NCBI GenBank assembly: GCA_951406725.2
Contig: OX597818.1
Coordinates: 110,422,001-110,486,000, forward strand
Length of the DNA stretch: 64,000 nt
Source: Octopus vulgaris
Lineage: Eukaryota
Direction of reading: 5' to 3'
The notes beneath the pieces were generated by a model. The model saw only the letters and a program-made list of their open reading frames with translations, made no database searches and had not been told where the DNA came from. The position numbers were made by a program, and so were the translations under genes. Positions 50,216 to 63,951 of this stretch are shown piece after piece; positions within the stretch are counted from its first letter, which is position 1; each line of letters opens with the position of its first letter.

Positions 50216-50905
50216 ATGTATGTACACAACATAAGTGTTAGTCGGAGTCGAGACAGTATAACTGCCAGCTAAAACACTAATTTCTGGGGTTATAGTTATT
50301 TGCTACCTAACTACTTTGACGTCAGAAAAGGTAACTTCAAGCGCGACTGCTCGAGTAATATTTCCTCGTTAATATATAAAGGAACAAATGTTACAATCTT
50401 GTCGTAATATGTTTGGAGCTTAACAAACTACACATATTCTGAAGTTTATTATGAAAGATTTCAAGATCTTGAAAGAATCTCAGCGAAAATGAATTTCATA
50501 AACTTGAACAGAGTACATGTTCTCAACCGTCTCACTGCAAATGGGAACTGTAGTCGGAGGAATAAATGCAGACACGCTAAGATACATACAGACATATGTA
50601 CGCCTCTGTGTGTGTACTATGTATCGGTATACTTATTTATTAAATTTTGTATATATTATTATTTTTATGAAAAAAACATTGTAAATTTCTTTTTTCTCCT
50701 TCCTCAATTTAAAAAAAAATTCTTTTCCCCTTCCAAATCTTGAAAATTTGCTTTGCAATGAAAACCGGTTTGATTTATTATTTTTTTAATCTTCCATACA
50801 CCCATTTTTTATTAAAATTTGCTTTCAATTTAGCATTCTGCCTTATTATAATTTTTCCACTCCTATCATTTCTCCACGTGCGATCAACTCAACCCCACCA
50901 TTTAT

Positions 50906-50979
<74 letters not shown>

Positions 50980-51439
50980 TTGCGGCGTACGTACAAACCT
51001 TCCTCTTATATGTATGTAAGCATTCCACTAAACTCTGTACGACTACTACACACACTTTCCCTGTCTTTCTCTTTTCTCGCTTCTTTGATTCTTTGGTCTC
51101 CTCTTTCCCTACCCTCTCACATTTCTCAGCCTCTCTTACTTTGCACTTCACTGACCCTACCTTTCTTTTGTCCCGCCAATTCTTGGCACGCTCTCTTTCT
51201 TCTCCCTCCCTTTAATTCCTTCTTTCTCTCTTTTTCTCTCCCTTCGCCCTCTCTTTAATTCCTTGCCCCTTTTTTCTCTGTCTTCTCTTCTCACGTGACC
51301 GCCGGTCAACTACAGCCTTTCGTCTTCTGACCAGCGCCAGAACAACATCGATTTCTTCGTCTGCCGTAAGGCATTATTTTTCTCACACGCCAGCTAATTT
51401 GAATTGTCTAAAGTCGAAAGACGCCCGTTGTCTTTGTCC

Positions 51440-51470
<31 letters not shown>

Positions 51471-51805
51471 GTTGTTGTTGTTGTTGTTGTTTGTATTTAT
51501 ATTCGTATTACTTTTTGTTTTTTGTATTTATTTTTGTGTAACACCGTCCGTTTTTCTGTCCTTGTTTCATATACATTCGATCATTTTTCCAAGAAATCTA
51601 ATGCTCGTGGCTTAGTTTTTTCCTTGGGGCTGGCCAGGTCGGAGCAATCTCAAAATTAATCAGCCGAAATTGCGAGGTTGATCCGGTTCTTGACTGAAGA
51701 TTAGAGGCTTCAAATGACCCGTCCGTTTTCATATCGTCTATTTAAATGTTTTGCGTTCTTGTCCCATTTTATATATTTTTTTATACATACATACATACAC
51801 ACACA

Positions 51806-51888
<83 letters not shown>

Positions 51889-52165
51889 TATAGTTTATTT
51901 AGGCAGCAGTAAGTATGTGTGTACCAACAGGGAGAACTGTACCTGTCATTAAATATGACTGAGGGTGTAATAAACACCTACATTGCTAGAAATAAGAGCT
52001 AAATGCTCTAATGCTGCAGTCAAAGCACATAATTGCATACATACATGCTGATAGGGACCGTAATAGCACGAAAAGCAGCAGTCAAGATATTTCTAGACAG
52101 ATCGGTCAGTTTCGGCTTTTGCGTAGCGTCTTCATATATACATATACATGTATGTATATATATAT

Positions 52166-52393
52166 TTCTTTACTACCCACAAGGGGCTAAACATAGAGAG
52201 GACAAACAAGGACAGACAATGGGATTAAGTCGATTACTTCGACCCCAGTGCGTCACTGGTACTTAATTTATCGACTCTGAAAGGATAAAAGGCAAAGTCG
52301 ACCTCGGCGGAATTTGAACTCACAACGTAGCGGAAGACGAAATACGGCTACGCATTTCGCCCGGCGTGCTAACGTTTCTGCCAGCCCGCCGCC
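52166..52393 (-). mobile_element. SINE family B
   Basis: Reverse complement of 24064-24298. Confidence 0.9.
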
Positions 52394-52914
52394 TTATATA
52401 CATGTATGCATATACATGTATATATGCACTTGTACGTATATGTATATATACACACACAAGAAGATGGCCGTAGACAAATAGCAACCGTAAAGTAAAATGA
52501 AAAGAGAAAAGCCATTTTCCTCTACGTCTATGTATGTTGTAAATATTCGTTAACATGCTTCACTAATGTCAGCTCCAGTAATTAAACCAAACACAACAAA
52601 CTAATTTACATAAATCGATATTCTCCCCGTCTCCGCCGCTATCCTTGTAATGGTAATTGATATTTTACTTTGTTGTTTGTTTGTTTGTTTTATTCTGGGT
52701 TTTGCGGTAGGTTTTATTAGATTCATACACTCTATTAAGCGGTTGTATTAGCAATGTAATTATTAAGTTGTGTCAATTAGAAATGGAATTTATTCACAAA
52801 CACACGCACACATTCCAACACGCGCAAACACACACGCTCGCTCCACTACGCGCACTCAATCGCTTATATGTAAACACACGCATCCCTATGGGTGTGCATG
52901 CGCCTATAAATATG

Positions 52915-52967
<53 letters not shown>

Positions 52968-52983
52968 ATATGCATTATGTAGT

Positions 52984-53040
52984 AAGGCGGTGCCCCGGCA
53001 TGGCCGCAGTCTAATGACTGACACAAGTAACAGCTAAAAG
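52984..53040 (+). mobile_element. Isolated SINE A / LINE-type 3' tail
   Basis: AAGGCGGTGCCCCGGCATGGCCGCAGTCTAATGACTGACAC. Confidence 0.7.
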
Positions 53041-53041
53041 G

Positions 53042-53132
<91 letters not shown>

Positions 53133-53289
53133 AAGAGAGAGAGAGAGAGAAAGATTGAGAGGAAGAAATAGATTGGTAGATGGTTGTATATATATAAATA
53201 TATGTATGTGTATATGTGTGTATATATATTTATACATATATATACATACTTATATATATGCATTATGTATGTATATCTATATACACACA

Positions 53290-53341
<52 letters not shown>

Positions 53342-54164
53342 AACATATATATATACATGCATTATGTATGTGTGTGTGTATGTAATTGAATTATATATGT
53401 AAATTAGATTTTGCTCCATTAATTTACACATGTAAGATTAAGCTATCCATATAGATATTTGTGTGTGTGTGTGTGTGACAAATGAATTAATGCAAATTCT
53501 TTATTTCCTCTTTCTTCAATAACCACCGAGTACACCTTTGCTTAAGGAAGCTAATACACAACAAAACGTTGCCAAGCAAATCGAGCCGTTGTTAAAATGC
53601 ATATCAGAAAGTCCAAAGCAATTATGATTGTGTCACGCCTTTTGTCACCTTGAAAGTAACCAAAGTAAAACGGCTACAAAATTCATGAACAAACCTTTCA
53701 GCCGAAGACTGAGCTGGTTGGAGGTGCTAGATTCCCTTGTTCGAAAATATAAGGACACAGATGGTGTCGCATAGCCAGCTGGAGACGATGTCACCTGGGG
53801 CTAATTGCACCAACATTCGTCCTAAACCAGGACTGCCATGTTTTGTTGGCAATCTTTACAGCAAACACTTTGTTCGTTTAAAAGTATAAACCAAGCCAGC
53901 GGCTTTTTTTATGCTGAAAGCTCCAGCTGCTTTTGACTGAAGAGACAGCATATTGAAGCACCAGTGTCTCTGGAGGACGTGTGTCAATGAGCCGAGTGTG
54001 TAGAAACACGCTGTCATCGTAGAAGAGAGAAGGCATTCTGCTATGATGTATACTGCAGCGACCAGCAGTTCTTGCGTCCGAGTCTCTCCAGACTTGTTGA
54101 GAATAAATATGCAAAGAATCATTCACTTAAAGACATTTCTGAAGATTAGATCTAGTTTTATATT

Positions 54165-54315
54165 TTTTATTCTACTTGTTCCCATCATTAGACTGCGGCT
54201 ATGCTGGAGCACTGCCTTGAAGCATTTTAGTTGAACGAATCGAATCCACTACTTCCATATGTTTTAAAAGCTGGTACTTATTCTATCGAACTCTTTTGCC
54301 GAACTGTTAGTTTAT
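54165..54315 (-). mobile_element. SINE family A, 3' part
   Basis: GACTGCGGCTATGCTGGAGCACTGCCTT. Confidence 0.7.
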
Positions 54316-54341
54316 GTATATTTTGGGAAAATATATAGATA

Positions 54342-55619
54342 CGAGGGGCGTTCAATAACTAATGCCCCTGACCCACTTCCCATAGAAGTAGAGCAACGAA
54401 ACTTGGCACAGTTATTAGTCTTTTTCTACATAGGAACCACCCAGAGTTACGCATTTTTCCCATCGTTTGATGCGGCTCTGGAGGCCGTTTTTGTAGAAGA
54501 ACCCAGCTTGGTCCTCCAACCTCAACGTGACTTCAGAAATCAAGACTGCATCATCTGGGAAACGCTTTCCTTTCAAAAACAACTTCATGATTGGGAAGAG
54601 GTGAAAATCAGAGGGTACAAGGTCAGGAAAGTAGGGGGATGGGGAGGAGTTCATAGCCATACGCCTGTGCTTCTGATCTGGCGACAAGCGAGTTGTGGAC
54701 CGGAGCGTTGTCCTGCAGCAGGAGGATGCCTTTGCTGATCTTGCCCCGCCTCTTGATTTTGATAACTTCTCTTAATTTCCTCAAAAGTGAAGCATAATAG
54801 GCTCCTGCAATTGTGGTACCCTTTGCCAGGAAATCTGTCATCACTACACCGCCCTGGTCCCAGAAGACTGTGAGCATGACCTTGCCAGCGGAGGGCTGCA
54901 CCCTTGCCTTCTTTGGAGGGGGTGAGTCACGGTGCTTCCACTGCATTGACTGGGCTTTGGTCTCTGGATCAGCGTGATGGACCCAGGTTTCATCCTGTGT
55001 AATCAGTCTTTTGAAAATTTTTGACTCATCTTCTTGGCACATCTCCAAATTCACCCTCGAGCACTCGACGCGTTCTTGCTTCTGGAAAGGCGTGAGCAAC
55101 TTGGGAATCCATCTGGCAAACACCTTTTGCATATGCAAATGGTCATGAATGATAGTTTCCACAGACCCGGTACTAATCTTGACCTCATGGGCTATTTCGC
55201 GAATAATTATGCGTCAATCTTCCAAAATGGCAGCCTCAACTTGACGGACAGATGCCTCATCAATGGCAGAAGGGGGCGACCAGATCTGGGAGCTGTTTCC
55301 ACATGTTTGAATTCACAATGCCAGCGTTTTACAAGGTCATATGATGGGGCATAATCACCATAAGTTACTTTCATTTCATCAAAATTCTCCCGTGGTGTGC
55401 GTCCTTTCAAATACAAAAACCGGATCACTGCTCGACACTCAACAGGCTCCATTTCACACTTGACTCGGTTCAAACACCTGTAAATCAGAAACCACAATTA
55501 ATTCAGAGCTGTAATTTTCCACTTATTCTTTAGAGCTATAAATGATTGCACATGCAAAATTTCAGCTAGATCAAACCACGGCAAGTGGGTCAGAGGCATT
55601 ACTTATTGAACGTCCCTCG
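54342..55619 (-). mobile_element. Full-length mariner transposon (1278 bp) with TIRs and TA TSD
   Basis: TA|CGAGGGGCGTTCAATAACTAATGCCCCTGACCCACTT ... AAGTGGGTCAGAGGCATTACTTATTGAACGTCCCTCG|TA. Confidence 0.95.
54415..55452 (-). pseudogene. Mariner DD34D-type transposase, frameshifted
   Basis: MEPVECRAVIRFL (HTH), ARWIPKLL, LITQDETWV, LLQDNAPVH, YFPDLVPSDFHLF, split over three frames. Confidence 0.93.
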
Positions 55620-55975
55620 TATATAATTGTTAGCAATACATTCCTGTAATGGAGTACCCTTCAAAACAGATCTTTGGACAATATCTTATTGATACCTTAT
55701 GAAGTTTGAAGAGAATACTTTCTTTCCGATGACAACTGTTTATACTGCATTTGAACGCGATTTATTACCTGACAATATAGTTATTAATGTAATCATAGTA
55801 ATTTCTAGGCTTTAAATACATATATAGGAAATACACTGTGCATTTGATGTTTTGAAATCGGAGTCATTTACTATGCATTCGCGCAAATTGTTACACTTAC
55901 ATGTATGTATGATTGTTTGTGTGTATACACGTTTGCGTGTTTGTATCTATATGTACTTATGCATATGTGTATATG

Positions 55976-56053
<78 letters not shown>

Positions 56054-56168
56054 CATATATATGTATATGATTATTTCTTCATCTTCAGAGATGATAGCTG
56101 TCCCATCAACTCACACACCACACCCCATCACACAGCACAATCACTCCGTTGATGAGCCCTAAGATGAC

Positions 56169-56219
<51 letters not shown>

Positions 56220-56220
<1 letters not shown>

Positions 56221-56415
56221 TGGTTTATTATCTTAGGTTTCCAATCCGTAAAGGTTTTAACTTTATGGCGTATCGTCAGGTCCCAAAACCTGTTAGCCCA
56301 ACGCCAATTACAAATAATTTTTAAGAGGCAGGGGCCAACAGGCTTTGGTTTCTGACGATACGCCATAAACCTAGACCCTTTATATATGGGAAACATAAGG
56401 TAATCCCATAAACCG
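56220..56415. repeat. Fold-back element between (TA)n tracts with paired CTGACGA cores
   Basis: TTTATGGCGTATCGTCAG...AAAACCTGTTAGCCC mirrored by GGGCCAACAGGCTTT...CTGACGATACGCCATAAA. Confidence 0.8.
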
Positions 56416-56487
56416 GCCTTCCCCAATTTTGATATAAACTGCTCTACATCGTAGAGTGTGCTTCTTTCGGCTTAATGTTTTTACAGG

Positions 56488-56530
<43 letters not shown>

Positions 56531-56839
56531 ATATATATATATACACAATAAAAAGAAGAAAACAAAGAAAATTCTTTAGCACACCTTGAATAATAAGCTC
56601 CTCGCAAGGCCGATTCACAACAGACATCTTTAAAATCCTAACAGTTTGACACCGAAAACCTTCAAGTTATCTACTTAATAAATCTTTTGACTTTAAGTTG
56701 TCGCAATCCAATGTCGTACAACGAAATCCATGCTTCCACCGAAAGAACCTTCCTTATTCTACAACGTGTTCTCAAATAGAACAAAATATTTCTAGCGTTT
56801 TATTTTATTCTTGCATATTTACACTGACAGACAAACATT

Positions 56840-56891
<52 letters not shown>

Positions 56892-57537
56892 CACATACAT
56901 ACACAAACATGCATACACAAACAACCACTGAAAAAAAACGAACGCTTAAACAAGGACGAACATCACACACACACACACAACACATACACACATACATACA
57001 ATTACTCACGCACACACGTATACTGAAAAACAACCTGTACAAAAAACACACGAAAAACATGCACAAACACGCAAACGCATAAACACACGAAATAACACGA
57101 AAACACACCCAAAGACAGACACAGACACACAGACACACAGATTCACCCCCACCACATAAACACACACACGCACACAGGCACACACACGCACTCACACACA
57201 AGTTGTCATTAACGTCATAATGTTGTCAAGTGATCGCTAAATAAACATAAATTCAATATGGACGTTCGTCATTTCAAAAGTGATTCCATTGTTTTTTTTT
57301 ACTTCAGTAACATTGACATGTGAACGTGCGCGCGCGCGCGTGTATGTGTTTGTGCGTGTATATTTTGCGTGCATGCGTGCGTATGTGTATATATATGTAT
57401 GGCATTATCCAAATACTTCCTTCGCGCCCTCAAAATATTTTCGGATCTTCTACACCGAGTTTTACTTGCTGACAACAAAAATCTCATTCATTTTTCATGG
57501 AAATTAATAATGAAAAAGTCACAAACCTTCGAACGGA

Positions 57538-58865
57538 TGAAATTTTAGCCAGTCGGAAGCAGCCATTATCAACATACCGGAAGTTGCATTTGTGTCTGAC
57601 AAGACAATTGTTCGCCTATTTTCTGAGCATCAACAATAATCCCTTGTCAATTGTTTCCTGTTTTTATTCTGCTGTTCGAAGCACTGTAGCAAGCAGTGTT
57701 CTCATTGTCTTTTATTAAAACACTTTTGCTTTGGGTTTTTTTTTCTTACGAAATAAACGATTCAAGAATGAATTTCGGAAATTTGCAGGATAATACATAA
57801 AGTCGTTGACTTATACAGAATTTTTTGTCTTTTAGACTAAAGAGTGGGGCTGAAGAATATGATGTGTTACAGGTTATATGCGATGAATATGAAAGACATT
57901 CAGGGCAATTTCTTGGTGTTGCAGCAAAAATAAATTCCACGAATTTGTTACTATCAGGAATGGCAGATTGTTGGAAAGAATTGGTAGTCCGCCACTTAGA
58001 ACTGTAGCTCTGTATTTTTTTAATTCTTAAGTCAAAGAACTGACCACTATCGGTTTTTTTTTGGGGGGGGTAGGGATTTTGGTGCTGGAAATTAACAGCA
58101 GCACAGCTATTGATTATAATTACATCCGTCAAATATGTGAGGATGACCTCCTCCATGTTCCATTAAAGTTGGTGATCCTGAAACAGTTGTCGAAATTGAC
58201 GTAAAAGACGTCCTCAAAATGTAATACAAAAGAGGAAGAATGCAATATGCTCGGCAAGTTTTTGGTGGTGTGTGTTGCAAAACATGGCAGGTATTTCCAT
58301 GGCTTGTATCTTGTCGCAGTCGTTTCACATTCGGCAACCCTTTCTGCCAGGAACGAATATAGACAGTGAATCGTGGTGAACACACTTGTACAACGATGAA
58401 ACACATCTTTGACTTCGTCACTTCGCCAGACGGGACCCTCATGTAACAAATGGAAAGTAATTGAGAAAGAAACATCGTGCCGTGGCATTCATCTATCTGC
58501 TATCGACTCATATCCCTACGAGTTCATGTAACAAAACATGTTTAAGAAACATGACCCCTTTGAAAACCTATGTCAGTGCATTGCACAATATCGTTATCAT
58601 GAATGTTTTCTTTTATTCGGGAACTTTATATTACTTTTTTCGTTTTTGCTTCCATCTATAAATGTTATACATTTTATTGTTTTTCGTAGATTTGTTTTCT
58701 TTCTTTGCAATGTTATAAATTTTATTTCATTAAATAACTTTTATTATTGAAAGCATGCAAATATTTCAAGGTTTCCTAATGCTTTCATTTTCTAGATTGT
58801 GTATACATAGAAATTGCGACTTCCGGTGTGTCGGAGATAGAGGCTTCGGATTGCTTAAATTTTAA
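57538..58865 (+). mobile_element. Merlin/IS1595-like DNA transposon relic
   Basis: 58165-58300 translates KVGDPETVVEIDVKDVLKM*YKRGR...QVFGGVC (IS1595/Merlin VEIDE...YxRGR...WVFGG pattern), then FVTSPDGT. Degenerate ~55-bp inverted repeats containing ACCGGAAGT at ~57540-57592 and ~58810-58864. Confidence 0.7.
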
Positions 58866-59002
58866 ACTTGTAAATGCTTGTCACTTTTATTATAAATTTG
58901 CACGAAAAAGGAATATAATTTTTGTTGATTGCTTGCAAACTACATCAGAGTAGAAGATTCTGACTATGTGAAAGGAAACTGTCAAGATCATACGTGTATA
59001 TG

Positions 59003-59130
59003 AATGTATGTATGTATGTATGTATGTATGTATGTATGTATGTATGTATGTATGTATGTATGTGCAAAAATGTAAACAAAATGTGGGCTATAAATAGACA
59101 GAGAGACAGACAGACAGATAGATAGATAGG

Positions 59131-59193
<63 letters not shown>

Positions 59194-59200
59194 GCAGACA
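59003..59200. repeat. (TATG)n and (GATA)n tetranucleotide microsatellites
   Basis: Directly visible. Confidence 0.95.
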
Positions 59201-60263
59201 AACAGACGCGTCATTACCTATATACGTATTACTTTTAGGAAATAATATGTTATGTTCAAATAACTGGCACTTGCCGCACGATCTTCCATTTTTTTCTCAC
59301 AAAAATAAAATACGTAACTCTGAACCAGCAAGCTCCAAATCCTACTAAAAATAGTTCTTAAAAGAAGATAATTGGTTGAGTCGAATATCACACAAATGAT
59401 TCCCAATATCTTGTTTTCAACATTAGCACAGTACAACTGACATTCCGTTCCTTTCGCTTAAATTTACGATTGTTTTTTAAAATCAATTATTTTGTACTGG
59501 TCCTGACCATATCGAAAGAACAAATATTTTGCAAAATATAACCTTTAGCTTGTTCATAATGAAGATTAATACCAAAAATAATGATCTTGGTATTTCCTAA
59601 CTAACCTTTTCCATTTTGTAATTTTTCCCCCATGAATGTTTTTTTGTATTATGTGAGAGTTAAAATAATTTTTCTTATCGTTACAACGACGAATAATTTC
59701 TCTTCCGACAGCTATTTACGACTCTTTAAGCATTGAGTTGAAATCCAGCTGAGTTGTCTTGTCATTTCATCGTTTTGGAGTTCGATTAAATGATATTAAA
59801 CGTCAGCTGCAGTTAATTCTAATCTACCATCTCGTGCTTTATGAGGCCTTCTGCCAAACTTAGGAAACATTAATTATGTTACTCTTAACTTAATTTATTG
59901 AACGGAGCATTAAAAAGCTGACTAGAAATAATTATGTAGGTGAGGAAAAATAATTAAATATCTTTTAACTCTTTAATTAGAAGCCGTATGCTGTCTCCAT
60001 TACCTTTATTTTTCAGAGCCCCTGGGTCTTCTTGGATGAAGGAATAAAATTTCCTTCAAAGCAGAAATGTAGCTTGGATGTTTGTTACAGAACGAACATT
60101 CCTAAAGCAACCCAACGACACCCGCCTCAATCCACCGGAGACCTCAGTTCTATAAATACAAACTGCATATTCTAAAGCAGTGGTTCCCAACCTCGGGTCC
60201 GCGGACCGCTGTTTGTCCTCAAAGGTAGTACTAGGGGTCCGAGAACTAAATTCAGAAATTCAA

Positions 60264-60296
<33 letters not shown>

Positions 60297-60297
<1 letters not shown>

Positions 60298-60691
60298 CTT
60301 TATATATAAAAGTGAGGTTGTATGCTGTCTGTCTCCTACGATTTAGATTCCTAACTACTCCCACATTTTGCGGTGCAGTTTAACCAAAACTGGGTATCTT
60401 ATAGTCGTGATTCATATCGAACCCTTCTGGGTATTAGCGCGCGTTTACGATGAGTCTACGATGTAAAAAAAAAAATTACCATCAATTTTTCCCGTTTTTA
60501 ATCCATTTTTGGCATATATAAGGGAAGTAACTCTCTAAAAATTTATTATTAAATCTCAGAACGTAAAAAGCTACAGTAACACCCCCTTTGTGGTTAGCCA
60601 TATTGAGATGACTATTATACTTTACATCTCTAAAAATGCTTATATAGTTATTTCCCTTACAAACCCGAGCAACGCCGGGCGATACTGCTAG
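60297..60691 (+). mobile_element. Non-autonomous Helitron (395 bp)
   Basis: A|TC 5' end; CCCGAGCAACGCCGGG hairpin 8 nt before CTAG|T; no TSD; inserted in (TA)n. Confidence 0.88.
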
Positions 60692-60702
60692 TATATATAT
60701 AA

Positions 60703-61510
60703 ATTTGATATCATTTGAGAAGTCAAAGCAAATGAAACAAAACAGACTTAATGTTGAACAACAAAAGATTTACTCCTCCAAATTTGAACAAGAAATTCAA
60801 GGGTCTGTGGATTCCATGAACGATCTCACAAATCTTCAATATGCGCACCGCCTGAGACACGGCACACGCCATGTCGGTAGTCCAGCTCCTCCTAAACACG
60901 CTGCAGCATGTCTTGGGTAAAGTCTCCAGTGCGGTAATGATTCTCTGCTCAAGTTCCTCTAGGTTTGCAGGAAGAGGGGGGACAAAGACCAGGCCCTTCA
61001 CATATTCCCCTGTTTGCGCTTTCGCTTGTCATCTGCCGTTATGGTATGAACGAGCTGCAGCTTGTAGGTTTCGTTCGTAAGCATTTCCTCAGGACACGCC
61101 AAACTATCGTGGGAGGATTCTTGGTTTCCAGACTTGTTCTTCTTATGGACTTCTTGTGGCGAACCCACTCGACTGTCTCTTCCGATGTTAGTAGTCATCC
61201 AGATCCTTTTGCCCTGCATACACAGCCTTCTTCTTTGAATTTTTTGCACCATGTCCATATTTGCATTGCCGTTGGTGACTTGTTAGATAACTTTCTCACA
61301 AATGCACGCTGCACTGTCGTGTTCGGCTGTTTTTGAGCACACTCCAACACACAAAACACCTTTTCTCTTCCAGTGAATGCCATTTCTGTACCTGAAACAT
61401 ATCGAGCATTAAACATAAAATTTTGACCTGTTTCTACACATGCTGTTAAAAACAAGAACTGGCAAAGTTGTTAGATTGCGAAATGATATCAAACATTACG
61501 AAACACCCTG
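60703..61510 (-). mobile_element. Internally deleted Tc1/mariner-superfamily element (DUF4817-like HTH)
   Basis: MAFTGREKVFCVLE...TVQRAF...IWTWCKKFKEEGCV and C-terminal VFVPPLPANLEELEQRI; end TA|CAGGGTGTTTC; inner TIR TTTGATATCATTT at both ends. Confidence 0.8.
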
Positions 61511-61840
61511 TACTATGAATATAATATAATATAACAAATCACTAAAAAAACCAAAAGAGCCAACAATTTGTTTCGACTTATATACATTATTTGATTTACA
61601 AACGAGTCAATCCACTTATATAAGTCTCATCAGAGCTATGGAAGGAGGGGTGGATATTTTTACGATCCAGCCGTCCTTTCACACGGAAGTTTGTCTCTCT
61701 TTAAACCTTAGCTCTGATGAGATTTATATAGGTGAATTGATTTGTTTAGAAATCAAATAATGTATATAAGTCGAAACATTGGCTCTTCTGGTTTTTTAGT
61801 GATTTGTTAGGTATCTTATATTATATTATATTCATAGTAT
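61511..61840. mobile_element. Inverted pair of Penelope-like terminal repeats, each with a hammerhead
   Basis: Arms 61511-61638 and 61709-61838 with a ~70-bp spacer. Confidence 0.8.
61558..61637 (-). ncRNA. Type-I hammerhead fold with extended stem II
   Basis: AGCU-CUGAUGA-GACUUAUAUA...UAUAUAAGUC-GAA-AC(AAAUU)GU-U-GGCU. Confidence 0.7.
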
Positions 61841-61902
61841 ATTATGTTATATTAAAATATAAATAAATTATTGGATTGTCAATTGTAACTCTCTATTTAA
61901 TT

Positions 61903-61954
<52 letters not shown>

Positions 61955-63177
61955 GTATACATAAGGATAAGTATATTGAAAGGGGTCCGTGGGAAAACTC
62001 ATTTAAATAAAAGGGTTAGGAACCATTGTTCTAAAGTATATTTTGCTAATTTATGTTCCAAACACTAGAATAATTTGGACATAATTATTTTACTAAATTT
62101 TTATTATTTTCAAAATTCATTGAATCAAAAGCAATGTATATACTTCAGCAGAATTGTGGTAGCAAAGGGTTTAAAAGGGTTGACGGAAGGAGTCAGTAAT
62201 GCAAATCTTATAAAGCAAAGATCCACAGTAAATACCAGAAGACATCTTGTCTGCTAATCTCATTGCAAAAAGAAAACTGAAAATAATTTCATTCAGTCAA
62301 TTAATGAGATATTTCAATTCCGGCAGTAGGGGAGACTAATTTGGATACGTTCCTTTCTTATCGTATCTTACTCTGAGTCTTTTTCATCTCATAAGAGCAT
62401 CTAATATCTTGTATTAGCATAGAAATCGTGTTAGTATTTAATGAATATCAGTATTTAAGAGAATGTCATACAACAAGCCATCAGCCTGTATTATTTACTG
62501 AAAATAATTAATGTAGAGGCAGAAATGGTCTACGTGCACCTAAGCGAGAGATATTTGGAAACAAAACCTTGTTAGAACGATGTTGATCTTTGTACTGATC
62601 TGTTTGTTTCTGTGCATGAAATCTTCATCGTGCAACCAGTTTTTCATCCATTACTATTCCGTCTTCCTCTCTGGTATAATAGCCATTGTATTCATTCATT
62701 TTTAAGAAAGAATTATATATTCAATTCAAAATTCTAAAAAAATAAATTTTTTTCTTTAACCAAATAAATCATTCCACTGTGTGAATGATTGAAACTTTTG
62801 TTCTGTGGTGATTCTGGCAATGGAAAACAAACACTGCGTGAGTTTCAATCACAAAGGAACATTGTATTAAAATAGAAACCCATATACCAATTTTTCCAAA
62901 TAACCTTAACAAAACAATTCACATTGAACATATTTGAATACCGCAACAAATGTTTTTTGCTTGCTTTTTGGTTTTTCCAAAAAATAGAAGCAGAAATAAG
63001 AAGAATATAATTTTAAAGCATCATATTCGTCTGTTCGTTAGTTTATACATTCAAAACTATATATGTAATCTTTGTAGCAGAAATAAAAATACATGAAAAC
63101 ATTTTTGCCATTGACGATATTGCTTCAAGAATTCATATTTGTATAATCATATATATTTTCATAGTGAAATACATTCT

Positions 63178-63566
63178 CTCTTTACTCTTTTACTCTTTTA
63201 CTTGTTTCAGTCATTTGACTGCGGCCATGCTGGAGCACCGCCTTTAGTCGAGCAAATCGACCCCGGGACTTATTCATTGTAAGCCCAGTACTAATAAGTG
63301 ACGGGGACGTAAACACACCAGCATCGGTTGTCAAGCAATGCTAGGGGAACAAACACAGACACACAAACATATACACACACACTTATATATATATACATAT
63401 ATACAACAGGCTTCTTTCAGTTTCCGTCTACCAAATCCACTCACAAGGCATTGGTCGGCCCGGGGCTATAGCAGAAGACACTTGCCCAAGATGCCACGCA
63501 GTGGGACTGAACCCGGAACCATGTGGCTGGTTAGCAAGCTACTTACCACACAGCCACTCCTGCGCC
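63178..63566 (-). mobile_element. SINE family A, young copy
   Basis: Reverse complement of 35677-36125 with a ~35-bp deletion. Confidence 0.92.
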
Positions 63567-63951
63567 TATTCTTTGTAAAATAATTAAAATATAAAACAAA
63601 TATTTTTCCAGAATGGTATTACTTCATTTGTTCCAGTCTTTGCTCTTTGTCCACTTAACCCGTAAGATCCTTCATTCCTTTTCTTGCTTTATAAATATGA
63701 ACTCATGAACTCCATAGCCTTTCATATCCAACATATGAACCGACGCTTCTACGATTTCCTTACCGACAACAAATGCGCAAAAAATATCGGGTTACCGGTC
63801 ATCATCCGATCCCTCCCGCTCAGATTGTCTGAATATTTTAATGCTGTCTATTGCGTTTTTGTTCCATTTATATATATATATATGTTGAATCGTTAGCTCC
63901 TGCACGCATTTTTTTCTCTCCTTGTTTCTCTCCTTGTTTCTTTTCTGTGTA

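Larger units (their letters stand above)
60178..62028. mobile_element. hAT-type MITE with 8-bp TSD, expanded by nested insertions
   Basis: TTCTAAAG|CAGTGGTTCCCAACC ... GGTTAGGAACCATTG|TTCTAAAG. Confidence 0.88.

Noticed and set aside
51590-51725. GGCTG...CAGCC-GAAA hairpin and a downstream CTGAAGA
   Set aside because: Core and stems do not assemble into a consistent hammerhead topology.
53560-54130. Possible RTE RT relic on the minus strand
   Set aside because: Only a faint resemblance (TRTQELLV; SLFYDDS in another frame); too weak to call.
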